Part shown: positions 22,900 through 22,901 of the stretch, one piece after another | Layout of the letters: each line of letters begins with the position of its first letter | Position numbering within the stretch: position 1 is the stretch's first letter | Assembly (NCBI GenBank): GCA_937899865.1 | Contig: CALBRH010000014.1 | Coordinates: forward strand, 1 to 22,901 | Direction: 5' to 3' | Origin: an uncultured euryarchaeote | GTDB lineage: Archaea > Thermoplasmatota > Poseidoniia > Poseidoniales > Poseidoniaceae | DNA length: 22,901 nucleotides | Program-made: the position numbers and the translations under genes | Notes under the pieces: model-generated | The model's database searches: none | What the model saw: only the letters and a program-made list of their open reading frames with translations | What the model was told of the DNA's origin: nothing

Positions 22900-22901
22900 T
22901 T

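Overview
Archaeal chromosomal window of about 40% GC with very tight gene packing. FEN1 with a PIP box, a Trm11-type tRNA methylase, PGF-CTERM tails and TATA-like boxes about 25 bp upstream of start codons mark it as archaeal; the gene set suggests marine group II / Poseidoniales (inference). Contents in order: partial bioY; an SPFH operon with a 50-aa ribbon-helix-helix gene missed by the ORF track; a fasciclin + blue-copper surface protein; a TOPRIM protein; an A1-type heme-copper oxidase operon (coxII-I-III-IV) followed by an SCO chaperone; tRNA-Ser(TGA); an orphan lipoprotein; a DAGK-family kinase; ribD; a collagen/pentapeptide-repeat lipoprotein; tRNA-Arg(TCG) with a perfect 53-bp duplication of its 3' end; and housekeeping genes (YkgJ, Trm11, FEN1, CoA-transferase III, GT-C-like membrane protein). 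The most unusual part is the oxidase locus, where the three largest subunits and the chaperone carry extra modules. CoxI has a signal peptide and a Reeler-like domain with a CxCH motif fused to its N-terminus. CoxII has a 100-aa segment inside its cupredoxin domain. CoxIII has extra helices and His/Asp-rich loops. SCO is split by two transcobalamin-C/DUF4430-like domains and an EGF-like Cys module. All family assignments come from motif recognition by eye; no database searches were run.
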